Source: Leucoraja ocellata
Lineage: Eukaryota
Direction of reading: 5' to 3'
Assembly (NCBI GenBank): GCA_036785375.1
Contig: JAWMAR010000363.1
Location: 1,922,001 to 1,986,000 of the forward strand
Length of the DNA stretch: 64,000 nucleotides
Within the stretch, counting starts at the first letter, position 1; every line of letters begins with the position of its first letter. The translations under genes were made by a program, and so were the position numbers. The notes beneath the pieces are model-generated. The model was not told the origin of the DNA and did not search any database. It saw nothing but the letters and a program-made list of their open reading frames with translations. Of the stretch, positions 13,001 through 25,000 are shown piece by piece.

Positions 13001-16000
13001 GGATTTAGATTCTTAGATCACTGGGATCTGTTTGGAGTAAGGGGGAACTGTACAAAAGGATTGCTTCTTAACAGGTGGGGGACCAGCATTCTGGCAGGCA
13101 GGTTTGCCACTGCTACACGGGTGGTTTTAAACTGAATAAGGGGGGTGGGGTGTCAAATGGGATAGTCGAGGATGGAGTTAAAAGGAAAGGGTTTCTTAAA
13201 TGTGTGAGCAGAGAGACAGAGGGCTGTAAAATGAGGGTAGAAGCAATAGGTAGCAAGGTGAAAAGTAAAAGTGGCAGGCAGACACATCCAGGACAAAAAT
13301 CAAAAGGGCCACTTTTCAACATAATCGTATAAGGGGTAAGAGTGTTGTAAAAACAAACCTGAAGGCTTCGTGTCTCAATGCAAGGAGCATTTGTAATAAG
13401 GTGGATGAGTTGAATGTGCAGATAGCTATTAATGACTATGATATAGTTGGGATCACAGAGTCATGGCTCCAGGGTGACCAAGGCTGGGAGCTGAACGGTA
13501 GGCGGCGCGACTCTCGTCAGCAGCGGCCTCTGCAGCCCGTCTGCGTTTTTATTATTTTGGTCTATGTTTCTATGTAGTTTTTGTTATTTTTTGTTGGGGT
13601 GTGTGCGTGGGGGGGTGGGGGTGGGGTGGGAGGGAGGGGGTAATTTTTAAATCTCTCCCTGCACGGGAGACCCGACCTTTTCTTTGTTGGGTCTCCGTTG
13701 TCGTTGGGGCTGCAACGAGGAGTGGCCTGCAACAGGAGAAGACCGGGGACTCTGGTGCCGACGACTCACCTCACCGTCGCGGAGCTGGCCGAGTCCAAAG
13801 CGGGTGGAGCGGTGGTGGAGCGCTGCTGCTGCTGCGGCCCGACCTCCGGAGATTCGGAGGCTGCAACTGCGGGTCTGGCGAATGGCGGGAGACCGCTTTT
13901 CAGGGCTCTCGCAACGGCGACTTCTCCCGCCCGAGTTGCGGGGTCGAAGAGCTCCTGGAGCGGGGCCTTACAGCACTGCCCCGCGCGGCTTGGAATGGCC
14001 GCGGGACTCTGCGAGCGCACGCCGGGGGCTCTAACATCAAGACCTCGCACCACCCGGTGTGGCTTTAATGGCCGCGGGACAATCGCCATCACCAGCCGGG
14101 GGCTTTGACTTTGACTCCGACATCGGGGGGGGAGAGTGCAGTGGAGAGATAAGTTTTTTTGGTCTTCCATCACAGCGATGTGATGGATGTTTATGTAAAT
14201 TATGTTGTGTCTTGGGTCTATTTGTTTGTAATGTATGGCTGCAGAAACGGCATTTCGTTTGGACCTCAATGGGTCCAAATGACAATTAAATTGAATCTTG
14301 AATCTTGAATCTCTTGAATCTTGAACATCCAGGATATTCAATATTCAGGAGGGATAGACAGAAAGGAAAAGGAGGTGGGGTAGCGTTGCTGGTTAGAGAG
14401 GAGATGAATGCAATAGAAAGGAAGGACATTAGCTTGGAGGATGTGGAATCAATCTGGGTAGAGCTGTGAAACACTAAGGGGCAGAAAACGCTAGTGGGAG
14501 TTGTGTACAGGGCACCTAACAGTAGTAGTGGAGTTGAGGATTGCATCAAACATGAAATTAGAAATGCGTGCAACAATGGTAAAACAGTTATAATGGGTGA
14601 CTTCAACCTACATATAGATTGGGTGAATCAAATTGGCTGGGGTGCTGAGGAAGAGGATTTCTTGGAATGTATGCGGGATTGTTTTCTAAACCAACATGTA
14701 GAGGAACCAATGAGAGAGCAGGCTATTCTAGACTGGGTATTGAGTAATGAGGAAGGGTTAATTAACAGTCTTGTTGTGCATGGCCCCTTGATTATGTTGA
14801 CATAATTAATTCCGAAACAAGGGTTCTGAACTTAAAGAAAGGTAACTTTGAGGGTCTGAGACGTGAATTGGCCAAGATAGACTAGCAATTGATTCTTAAA
14901 GGGTTGACGGTGGATAGGCAATGGAAGGCATTTAAGGACTGCATGGATGAACTATAAAAATTGTTCATCCCAGTTTGGTAAAAGAATAAATCAGGCAAGG
15001 TAGTGCATCCGTGGATAACAAGGGAAATCAGGGATAGTATCAAAACAAAAGATGAAGCATACAAACTAGCCAGAAAAAGCAGCCTACCAGAGGACTGGGA
15101 GACATTCAGAGTCCAGCAGAGGAGGACAAAGGGATTAATTAGGAAAGGGAAAATAGATTATGAAAGAAAACTGGCAGGGAACATAAAAACTGACTGCAAA
15201 AGTTTTTATAGATATGTGAAGAGAAAAAGATTAGTTAAAACATATGTAGGTCCCTTGCAGTCAGAAACAGGTGAATTGATCATGGGGAACAAAGACATGG
15301 CAGACCAATTGAATAACTACTTTGGTTCTGTCTTCACTAAGGAAGACATAAATAATCTGCCGGAAATAGCAGGGGACCGGGGGTCAAATGAGATGGAGGA
15401 ACTGAGTGAAATCCAGGTTAGCCAGGAAGTGGTGTTAGGTAAATTGAATGGATTATAGGCTGATAAATCCCCAGGGCCAGATAGGCTGCATCCCAGAGTA
15501 CTTAAGGAAGTAGCCGCAGAAATAGTGGATGCATTAGTGATAATTTTTCAAAACTCTTTAGGTTCTGGAGTAGTTCCTGAGGATTGGAGGGTAGCTAATA
15601 TAACCCCACTTTTTAAAAAGGTAGGGAGAGAGAAAACGGGGAATTACAGACCAGTTAGTCTGTAGTGGGGAAACTGCTAGAGTCAGTTATTAAAGATGGG
15701 ATAGCAGCACATTTGGAAAGTGGTGAAATCATTGGACAAAGTCAGCATGGATTTATGAAAGGTAAATCATGTCTGACGAATCTTATAGAAGTTTTCGAGG
15801 ATGTAACTAGTAGAGTGGATAAGGGAGAACCAGTGGATGTCTTATATCTGGACTTTCAGAAGGCTTTCGACAAGGTCCCACATAAGAGATTAGTATACAA
15901 ACTTAAAGCACACGGTATTGGGGGTTCAGTATTGATGTGGATAGAGAACTGGCTGGCAGACAGGAAGCAAAATGTAGGAGTAAACGGGTCCTTTTCACAA

Positions 16001-19000
16001 TGACAGGCAGTGACTAGTGGGGTACTGCAAGGCTCAGTGCTGGGACCCCAGCTATTTACAATATATATTAATGATTNNNNNNNNNNNNNNNNNNNNNNNN
16101 NNNNNNNNNNNNNNNNNNNNNNNNNNNNNNNNNNNNNNNNNNNNNNNNNNNNNNNNNNNNNNNNNNNNNNNNNNNNNNNNNNNNNNNNNNNNNNNNNNNN
16201 NNNNNNNNNNNNNNNNNNNNNNNNNNNNNNNNNNNNNNNNNNNNNNNNNNNNNNNNNNNNNNNNNNNNNNNNNNNNAAATTAGCGGCAACCTGCTGCGAC
16301 TATGACGTGGTGCCGGCAAGTCGCCAAAAAAATCGCGTGTGGGACAGGTCCTTAATTCTTTCACATTCATAAAGTTATGTGTTGGCGATATATTAAACAT
16401 GCATTTGCTTTAACATTGCATCTTTCAAAATGTAAGTATTGCCTATAGCAGTGATTCCCAATGTTTTGATACCCATGTACCCTTTCGTGAATTTTCGTAA
16501 GCATCTTGTACCCCTCGTTAAAACATTGGGGGTACGCGTACCCCACTTCGGGAAATACTGGCCTATAGGAATACCGACCAATTGCATATGTTTACGGATA
16601 CATAACAGAATAGTCCATGACACAAAGATTTGCTGCCTTACAGTGCCAGAGACCCGAGTTTGATCCTGACTATCTGTCTGTACGGAGTTTGTATGTTCTC
16701 CCCGTGAGGCCTTGACCACATGGGTTTTCTCCCGGAGTTCCGGTTTCCTCCACATTCAAAGTCGTACAAGTTTGTATGTTAAATTAGCTTTGGTAAGAAT
16801 TGTAAATAGTCCCTGGTGTGTTGGATAGTGTTAATGTATGGGGGATGACTGGTCAGTGCGGACTCGGTGGGCCAAAGGGCTTGTTTCCGAGCTGTATCTC
16901 TAAGACTAAAATAAAACTAATGTAAATTTAGAAAATTATATTATGCTGTCTGGTCACTCTTCCTAGCAGCAGCATAAACAAGGAAAAGAGTTAAGGCCAA
17001 GGCAGCTACCTTGTGCTACACCAAAGGGTATATCATGCAGCTGTGACCCTTAGTCCCCAAGGCTAACAAAGTACTTCCATCCACATATACGATTGGATCG
17101 AACTTAGTACCTGATCTGACATGCTAACCCAGTTTTCGAGGCGATCTATAAGAATACTGTGATCTATGGTGTCAAAAGCTGTTGTGAGGTCTAAGAGGAT
17201 CAGCACTGAGACTGTGTCCTCATCAGTGCTAACTCTAAGGTCACTGACTATTTTTTATCAGGGCAATCTCAGTGCTGTCATTTGCTCTGAAACCAAATTT
17301 AAATTTCTCTAAAATGTCATTTTGATTCAGAATGTAATTTGGTTGAATACAACGTTTGCATTTAGTTGAGCACCACTTTCTCCAGTATCTTGCTGATAAA
17401 GTGTAGATTTGATATGGGTCTGTAATTACTCAGTAGCCCACCGTCTACATTTGGTTTCTTCGACAGAGGCTTTACGACAGCGGTTTTATAAGTATCTGGG
17501 AAAATTCCAGTCTCAGGAAGATTTTATAATTGTAAGCACAAAACTGGATAAACTGTTAAAAACATTATTTAAAAACCTTGTAGGAACCACGTCAAAATGA
17601 CAGGTAGTGGATTTGCTCTCAGCCCCAACATTACAAAGTTCTGAGGTAGAAATAACTATAAAACTGCTCATTTTTGCCTGCGCCTTACTAGGTCGGCAGC
17701 AGAGGACAGTAGAATCCAAAGGGATACTAGCTATGATAGTTTGAACCTTATCTTTAAAATAATCAGCAAAGCTCACATTTTTCAGCAGAAGCTTGGCTTC
17801 AAAAATCAGGGCTTGAAGCAGTTTTCGTAATCTCTCAATGGTGGAGAACAAAATCTTACCTTTTCCACCACTTTTGCGATAATTTGAGAAAAATTGATTC
17901 TCCTTGCAGATCTTACAGCATTATTGTAATTAGCAATGGTTTCTTTATAGATGCTAAGATATACTTCTAGTCCTGTTTTTCTCCACTTTCTTTTGGCTAC
18001 TCTACATGATTTTTTAAACATATGAGCAGAGTTTATTTAACCATGGAGATGGTTTAACCCTTGCTTTCCTTTGAATCTTGAGAGGTGCAACTTTATCAAG
18101 TGTCCTGCTAGGTTCAGTGCTGCCAACTCTCACCTTTGAGTGTGAGAATCACGCCCTCAAGCAAACTCTCACGCCCTCACGCTGATCAAAAATTTCTCAC
18201 ACTCTGGTGAGAAATTCCGTGATCAACGAAAATGTCAAAACTCAGATAAACTGCATGGTCTGCGGGTGTTGGAGAGCTGGGGCTGAAGGAGGGGATGGGA
18301 GCAGAACCAGCGGCACGAACAGATGCGGGGAGCCGGGACTGGCGAGTGTTTGCCGGGGCTGCGAGTCGCTCGCTGCAGCTCTGGCCATGGAGCACTCTGG
18401 ACAGTGCAAGTCCCGGGCGTCGGAGGCGTCGGAGGCGTCGCCGCTGCCGCTGCCGCGAGAGTCTCTGTGCCGAAGGGACAGACTCTCAAATGGAGGTGGA
18501 GAGAGAGAGAGGGGAAGGAGACAGCGAGATAGTGGGGAGAGAGAGAGGGGGGTGAGAGGAGAGAGGGGAGAGACAGAGGGGGAGTGAATGGAGAGAGAGA
18601 AGGGAGTTGGGGGGGGGAGAGGGGAGAGAGTTAGAGGAGAGAGAGGGGGAGAGAGAGGGGGGAGAGAGAGAGGGGCAAGAGGGAAGAAAGAGGGAAGAGA
18701 GAGAGGGGGTGGAGAGGGAGGAGAGGGTAGGAGAGAATGGGAGAGAGAGGGGAAGAGAGAGGGGTGGTAAAAGAGAGTGGGGGAAGAGAGAAACGGGGGA
18801 AAGAGAGAGAGATGGGGGGGGCAAAGAGAAAGAGGAGATAGAGACAGAGGAGAAAGAGAGAGTGGAGAGAGAGCCAGGAGGAGAGTGAGATGAGGGGGAG
18901 AAATGGGGGAGAGAGAGGGAGAGAGAGGGGGAAGAGAGAGAGATGAGAGGAGAGATAGAGAGAGGGGAGAGTGTGTGGAGAAGGAGAGAGAGGGGGAGAT

Positions 19001-22000
19001 AGAGAGGGAGGGAGAAAGAAAGAGAGGGGAGGAGAGGGGGAAGTGAGGGGGGAGAGAGAGAGAGGGGGAGAGAGAAAAGAAAGAGAGGGGGACAGAGAGA
19101 GGGGGAGAGAGAGTTAGGGGAAAGAGAGGGAGAGAGAGTTAGGGGAAAGAGAGGGGAGAGAGCGGGAGAGGGGAGAGAGAGAGAGGAGAGAGGGGACGTG
19201 AGAGAGNNNNNNNNNNNNNNNNNNNNNNNNNNNNNNNNNNNNNNNNNNNNNNNNNNNNNNNNNNNNNNNNNNNNNNNNNNNNNNNNNNNNNNNNNNNNNN
19301 NNNNNNNNNNNNNNNNNNNNNNNNNNNNNNNNNNNNNNNNNNNNNNNNNNNGCCGAATTTGCCCAGGTGACCGGCATGGATCAGGCTGCAGCTCGGTGCA
19401 TCCTGGAGGACAACCAGTGGCTGCTGGAAGTAAGTACCAAGCACTGGGTAGAAATGGTGGAAGATAGTGGATTTCAAATGGGGGTGGTTGGAGAAAGCAT
19501 CCTGCTTGCCTGCTAGATTTTCACTTACTGTAACTGCAGGAAAATGTTCCCGATGTTGGGAGCGTTCAGAACCATGGGTCACAGTTTAAGAATAAACTGT
19601 TCGCCAGTTACGACTGAGATGAGAACAAACTTTCTTCACGCAGAGAGTTGTGAATCCGTGGAATTCTCTGCCACAGAAGGCAGTGCAGGCCAATTCACTG
19701 GATGTTTTCAAGAGAGAGTTACATTTAGTTCTTGGGGCTAACGACATCAAGGGATATGGGGAAAAAACAGGAAAGAGGTACTGATTTTAGATGAATAGCC
19801 ATGATCATATTGAATGGCAGTGCTGGCTCGAAGGGCCAATGGCCTATTTCTGCACCTATTTTCTATGTTTTTATGCTCGAGTATATGGCAATAAAACTCG
19901 ATCACTTGATTTTGAAGCATTCATGCATGGTGGAGGTTTAATGTAGTCATAGAGTGATACAGTGTGAAAACAGGCCCTTCGGCGCAATTTGCCCACACCC
20001 ACCTACGCCACCTCCAAACCTGTCCTATCCATGTATCAGTCTAATTTTTTCTTAAATGTTGGGATGGTCCCTACCTCAACTACCTCCTCTGGCAGCTTGT
20101 TCCATACACCCATCACCCTTTGTGTGGATAATGTTACCCCTTAAAAAGTTACCTCTTAAAAATACTTCATACAAAAAACATTGAAATCATACTTCTACAG
20201 TGCACTAAAACATGATTTTAATACATCAAATTTCAAAATGTTCCTACCCTGGGAGGGGGGCCACCTTTCTTCCACACCCTCTCCCCACTTGGTTGCTCAC
20301 CCCCTCACCGGGTACCCCCAAGGCCAGTGATCAATGATCACACAGCCTCCCCCCTTTCAAAAACGTTCCAATCCAATTTAAAGCATATATATTGCATTCA
20401 AGTGTAAGTTAAAAGACTCGCTACATGCACCATATTGCACAATTTCAAGCTGAAAATGCAAACATTCCGTACCAATGGAAGGGGGACACCCTCCTCCCAC
20501 CCACCCCCCTCCTCCCAACCACCCCCTCCTCCCACCCACCCCCTCCTCCCCAACCACCCCCCTCCTCCCACCCACCCCCCTCCTCCCAACCACCCCCCTC
20601 CTCCCACCCACCCCCCGTCTCTACGCTCCCTCGGGCTTGGTCCATCACAATTTCTCACTCCCAACTTTCACCCAATGTTGGCAGCCCTGTAGGTTACTGT
20701 TAAAAGCTTTTATAATTTTGTCAACAGAATCTCCCTGGGTGAGAGGAGCGTATGTACTTACAAGCTCAGAAAATTTGAGTTCTGCTGCTGGATCTAAAAA
20801 GCACCTTTTACATGTGGACTCCAAAAGGCGCCTAACCAACTTTAAAAACACATCAAAAAACACACAGTAATGGTCAGAAATAGTAAAATCAGGCACCAGG
20901 ATGTTATGAATTTTGAACCCTCGGGATATCTCCAGTCTTCTTCTTGCGTATGACGTGCACGGTGTAAAGTTGTAGATCAAGGGCAGACGTCCAGGCCAGG
21001 GCAGCATCAGTTGCTGGGTGGATGGCGTTGATGCCCCCAGGGAAAAGCCTCAGTGGGCAGTCATCCACGATGTGTGGGATGGTCTGGTCTGGATGTCCGC
21101 AGTCGCAAGCAGGGCTGTCTGTCATCCCCCCACTTATGCAGATGATGGGCTGTTCTTGCATGGAGGGTGCAGATTCTGTTCAGGTTTACCCATTGCTTGC
21201 GATGGAGGTCAAAACCCGGTGATTTCATTGTGGGGTCTGTGGTGACCTCTCCGTTGTTGGTGTTGGCGTCTTTCAAGGCTCTGCGCCACTCCGTCCCGGA
21301 GTCAAAGTCTTCCAGGGATTTAACGGAAGACCAGAAGCGTTTGCGGGACTTCAGGCGCATGCTGGGCAGATTGTTTAAGTCAGTATGGAAGGGAAGGTCA
21401 GGGTTAGCCTCGATGGTGCACACATTTTTCAACATCCTCTCCCTTCTGCGTATGCTGGGAAGGGCGATATGAGAGAGGACAGGGAGCCACTGCAAAGGTA
21501 TTGACTTAAACGTCCCTGTGATGACTCATATTGCAGAATTAAGGACAGTGTCAACTCGTTTGGAGTGGGAGCTATTCGTCCATGCTGTTTTGCAAAACTC
21601 AGCTGTTGAGTGGACTAGGGCTAAACGTGCGGTACGGAGACTGTGTGCATTGGATCCCCAGCTGTTGCCTGCAAGTTTCCTGATGATGTTGACCCTTGCT
21701 CTCAGTTTATCAGCCACCCTCTTCAGGTGTCCATGATAGGTGGGGGTGCGATCCAGGGTGACACCGAGGTACTTGGGGAATTCTTCATTCTTCACCTGCT
21801 TACCACAAAAGGTCACTCGGAGCTTTGCATTGGCGAGCCGATTGCTGAGGTGAAGAGCAGTGACAGTTGTCTTAGATGGATTAGGGCAAAATCGCCAGAA
21901 GGTGAAGTACTCCTCCATCCCCTTCAGGTCTTTAGTTAGCACTCTGCTGATATCCTCAAAGGCAGCTCCCTGGTAGGCAAGGGCAAGGTCAGTGCTTATG

Positions 22001-25000
22001 CAAACTTCTTGGACGAGGCAGTTGGCATATCAGTCACATAAATGTTGAAGAGTAGAGGAGCTAGGACAGAGCCCTGGGGGAGACCATCATTCAGGGTCCT
22101 GACAGAGCTGGTCCAGTTCAACATGTAAATGGGGCCACTCCATCAATGTGCAACCATGTCTCCACCAAAAACATAAAATGTAGATTATTTTCAGATATTA
22201 TGTCATTGATGATAAAAGTCTTCTTGGTTACTGATCTAACATTGAGCAGACCCGTATATACTGTTCCATGCATGTAATTTCAGATTGCAGAGAAGAGGTT
22301 CTCGTGGTTGATTGTTTTACTGGCATTAGATTTAATCTATCCACAGTGTACAGATATCTATTTAAAATGGGTCTCGATGTAATCCTCACAGGGATTGTTC
22401 AGAGAGTCTATGTAAAATTGAGGAAGAACTACAGTTTTTATTTGAAACATGAGCGGGCTGGGCAGAGATTTTCTGCCAGAGCAGAGGGGGAGGGAGTGTT
22501 TGTGGGCTAAGGACTGTGGCCGTAGGTATGTCCAGATCATGGCCAGCATGTGGGGATGAATTAATAAGTCGGTCATGTGGGGTCATATGCACCACGTGTA
22601 ATTGATTATTAGACAGCTTTCGTGAGCCAAGGCTGTGAGGGTGAATGCTGTCTTTCATAAAAAGTGCTGGATTTCCCCAGAAAATATTAAAATTGGCAAC
22701 AAAATGAAAGCTGTTTGAGCTGCAAAATATCCGCAACCACATGTGGAAATGTAAAATCCTGCTAGAGCAACAACGTTCATGATTAAACGTCAGAATTGGT
22801 CCTGAGACAAAAATACCTTTCTCCGAGTCCTTCAATGAGTTTAAAATGGAAACTAAATCACGTTCCAGTTGCTCGGATTGTTCCTGGGATGTGTCATTTG
22901 TGCCCACATAGATAATGACATTTTTCACTTCTGGATATTTCTCAAGAAGGCTCGGAATCTGCGCTACGACGTCCAAGACCTTAGAACCAGGGAAAGACTA
23001 AGTTACAGCTGAATTCTCCCTCACGCTTTTCATAATGAAGTCACCAATTATAAGCAACGTCGGAGGAGGGGGGGTGGGGGAGGTCGTCTCTTGAGTCCTG
23101 CTGGAACCACAACGTGAGAGGCACCCCGTGTAGGAGGGGGCGGACGCCTCCAGGTCTTCCCCGGAGCTACAACATGGGAGGCTGATGCCATAGCGGGGGA
23201 GAGACTGCCCGGGTCCACCACTGAGGCTACAGGGCCTGTCCCACTTGGGCCTCATTTACACGACATCATTTACGCGTCACGACGCGCCGTCGTGACACAG
23301 GCAGTAACGCGCAGTCGCGCGCAGTGCCCCAGGATTTTGGGATTCACAAAATCTTCGTGCACCACCTGCGTGACGCGCAAATGACACCCAAGTGGGACAG
23401 GCCCTTAAGGGTGGACAGCTCTGGATGGGCAGGGCCAGCGAGAGGAACTGGAGCATAATCAGCGTGTGGCGATGCATGCCTGGTCGCAGTTGGCGGATCC
23501 AGGGGAGATGAGCCAGGAGGAACAGTATGGCCATGCAGTGACGGGAATTCATGCTCATCCAGGATGTTAAATCTATCGGTTAGTTGGAGAGGTGCGATGG
23601 TGGGAGGCGAGAGGGCCGTCTTCCACGTTGCTTTCCTCTATGGACTACAGACCACGGCTCTGATGGACAAGGTGTAGAGCTGGTCTTAGCCCAGGGTCTG
23701 GCTCCATGCTGTGTCCAGGGGCAAGGGACTTTGTTGTGGAACGGTACAGTAAAACACCAGACAGTAGAGTCCGACCGAATACTCAGCTACACTAGTGGGT
23801 CCAGCAGGACCTAAGGCCACCAGGGAGTCGAGGACTATTTTATCCTCGCGGATTATGTGTAAGACGGATAATCTGCCTTCCAACTCCACGATTTTCTTAC
23901 TCCGGCAGACACAGCTGCCACATCCAGGTGTAGAGGTGAGTGGGGGCATGACGAAGTGTCAGTAGAATGATCCGTTGATGTCTGGCTCAGCCTCCACGCC
24001 GCTCCCGCTCACTCTCTGGGTCCACAGGTTCACCTTGGGCAACAGAGCCTCAACAAACTCCATTCTGCAGGTGCTGGCGGCCCGCGGCTACTCAGCGCTG
24101 TCCCCGACCTGCCCCGTGCGCTCAGGCCTGGGTCTCGCCGTGCTGCCCTCACTGGCGGGGGCCGGCTTATTGCACGAGTCCACTTCGGGCGGCAGGCACT
24201 TGGTGGCAAAGATTATAGAGGAGCTCCTCTAGGATCTTTGCTTGGTGGTGCACTGTGTGTCGCTGGGCTCCGGGGCCGGACCGGCAGCACGGTGAGGTGG
24301 CGGCAGCCTCTGCGCCTGCTGCACCTGTTGATGGGAGTGGAGCCGCCTGATGATGTCCGCCATTTGACAAACTTTGACAGTCATACCATTATTTCATACC
24401 CATTTGCATGGTATTTATGGCCCATAATTTTGCAGCAATCTTCATTTGATCCATGTATTTCCTTATTTTATCCAAATAATGAATTTTCGCCCAGATTTAA
24501 ATTCCCTTTCCAAGTATCTATACATTAAATCACTTTACAGAAAGGTTTATTTTCAATTTGTTGATCTCAATTAGAAAGCCATTTGAAATCATATGATAAA
24601 CGATATGCCAGTAAATTTTCAATAATTATTTTCATTAATGAAGGGACTGTGAAGAAGAATGACCTTGCATTCATAAAACTCTATTCACATTCTCTGAATG
24701 TTCCATGCACTTTATAGCTGATGAATTATGGTTGAATTCATCATAATTACTGTAAGAAAACCCTGAAATTAATTTGCACTTTTTTTTTCAAATTTATTAA
24801 CTACAATAACTCACTAATGAAGATATTTAACACATTTGTTTGGTAATTAGAGAAATTAGCAAAAGTGCCATTATCCGCCTTGAGTTTTCCCACTGCTCCA
24901 CCTACATTGCCTCAGCAAACATAACATCCATCTTACCTTCTATCACTCGTTGTGAATATTTGCAGCCATAGTAAAACCAATGCACATTCATTTAGTTTAG

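Larger units (their letters stand above)
18115..20689. mobile_element. Non-autonomous DNA transposon with a 6-bp TSD (hAT6-like?)
   Basis: TIRs CAGTGCTGCCAAC and GTTGGCAGCCCTG (12/13). TAGGTT at 18109-18114 and 20690-20695. L2 sequence resumes on both sides. Confidence 0.75.
16950..23949 (-). mobile_element. L2-clade LINE with an esterase ORF1, fragmented by nested insertions
   Basis: ORF1 start [16 protein letters not shown] (23949). SGNH motifs IIGDF..., FPG, YVGTND and DSIHP. Endonuclease motif ISDHYCVFF. Linker FADYFKDKV and [12 protein letters not shown] motif [13 protein letters not shown] near 17190. Confidence 0.85.

Noticed and set aside
13601-14341. Overlapping long ORFs here and at 54179-54837
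   Set aside because: They reflect low stop frequency in a GC-rich repeat, and the frames differ between the two copies.
18486-19206. Glu/Arg/Gly-rich and Ser/Leu/Pro-rich ORFs
   Set aside because: Translations of a GA low-complexity tract.
20378-20870. Pro/His-rich and Gly/Trp-rich ORFs
   Set aside because: Translations of a C-rich minisatellite.
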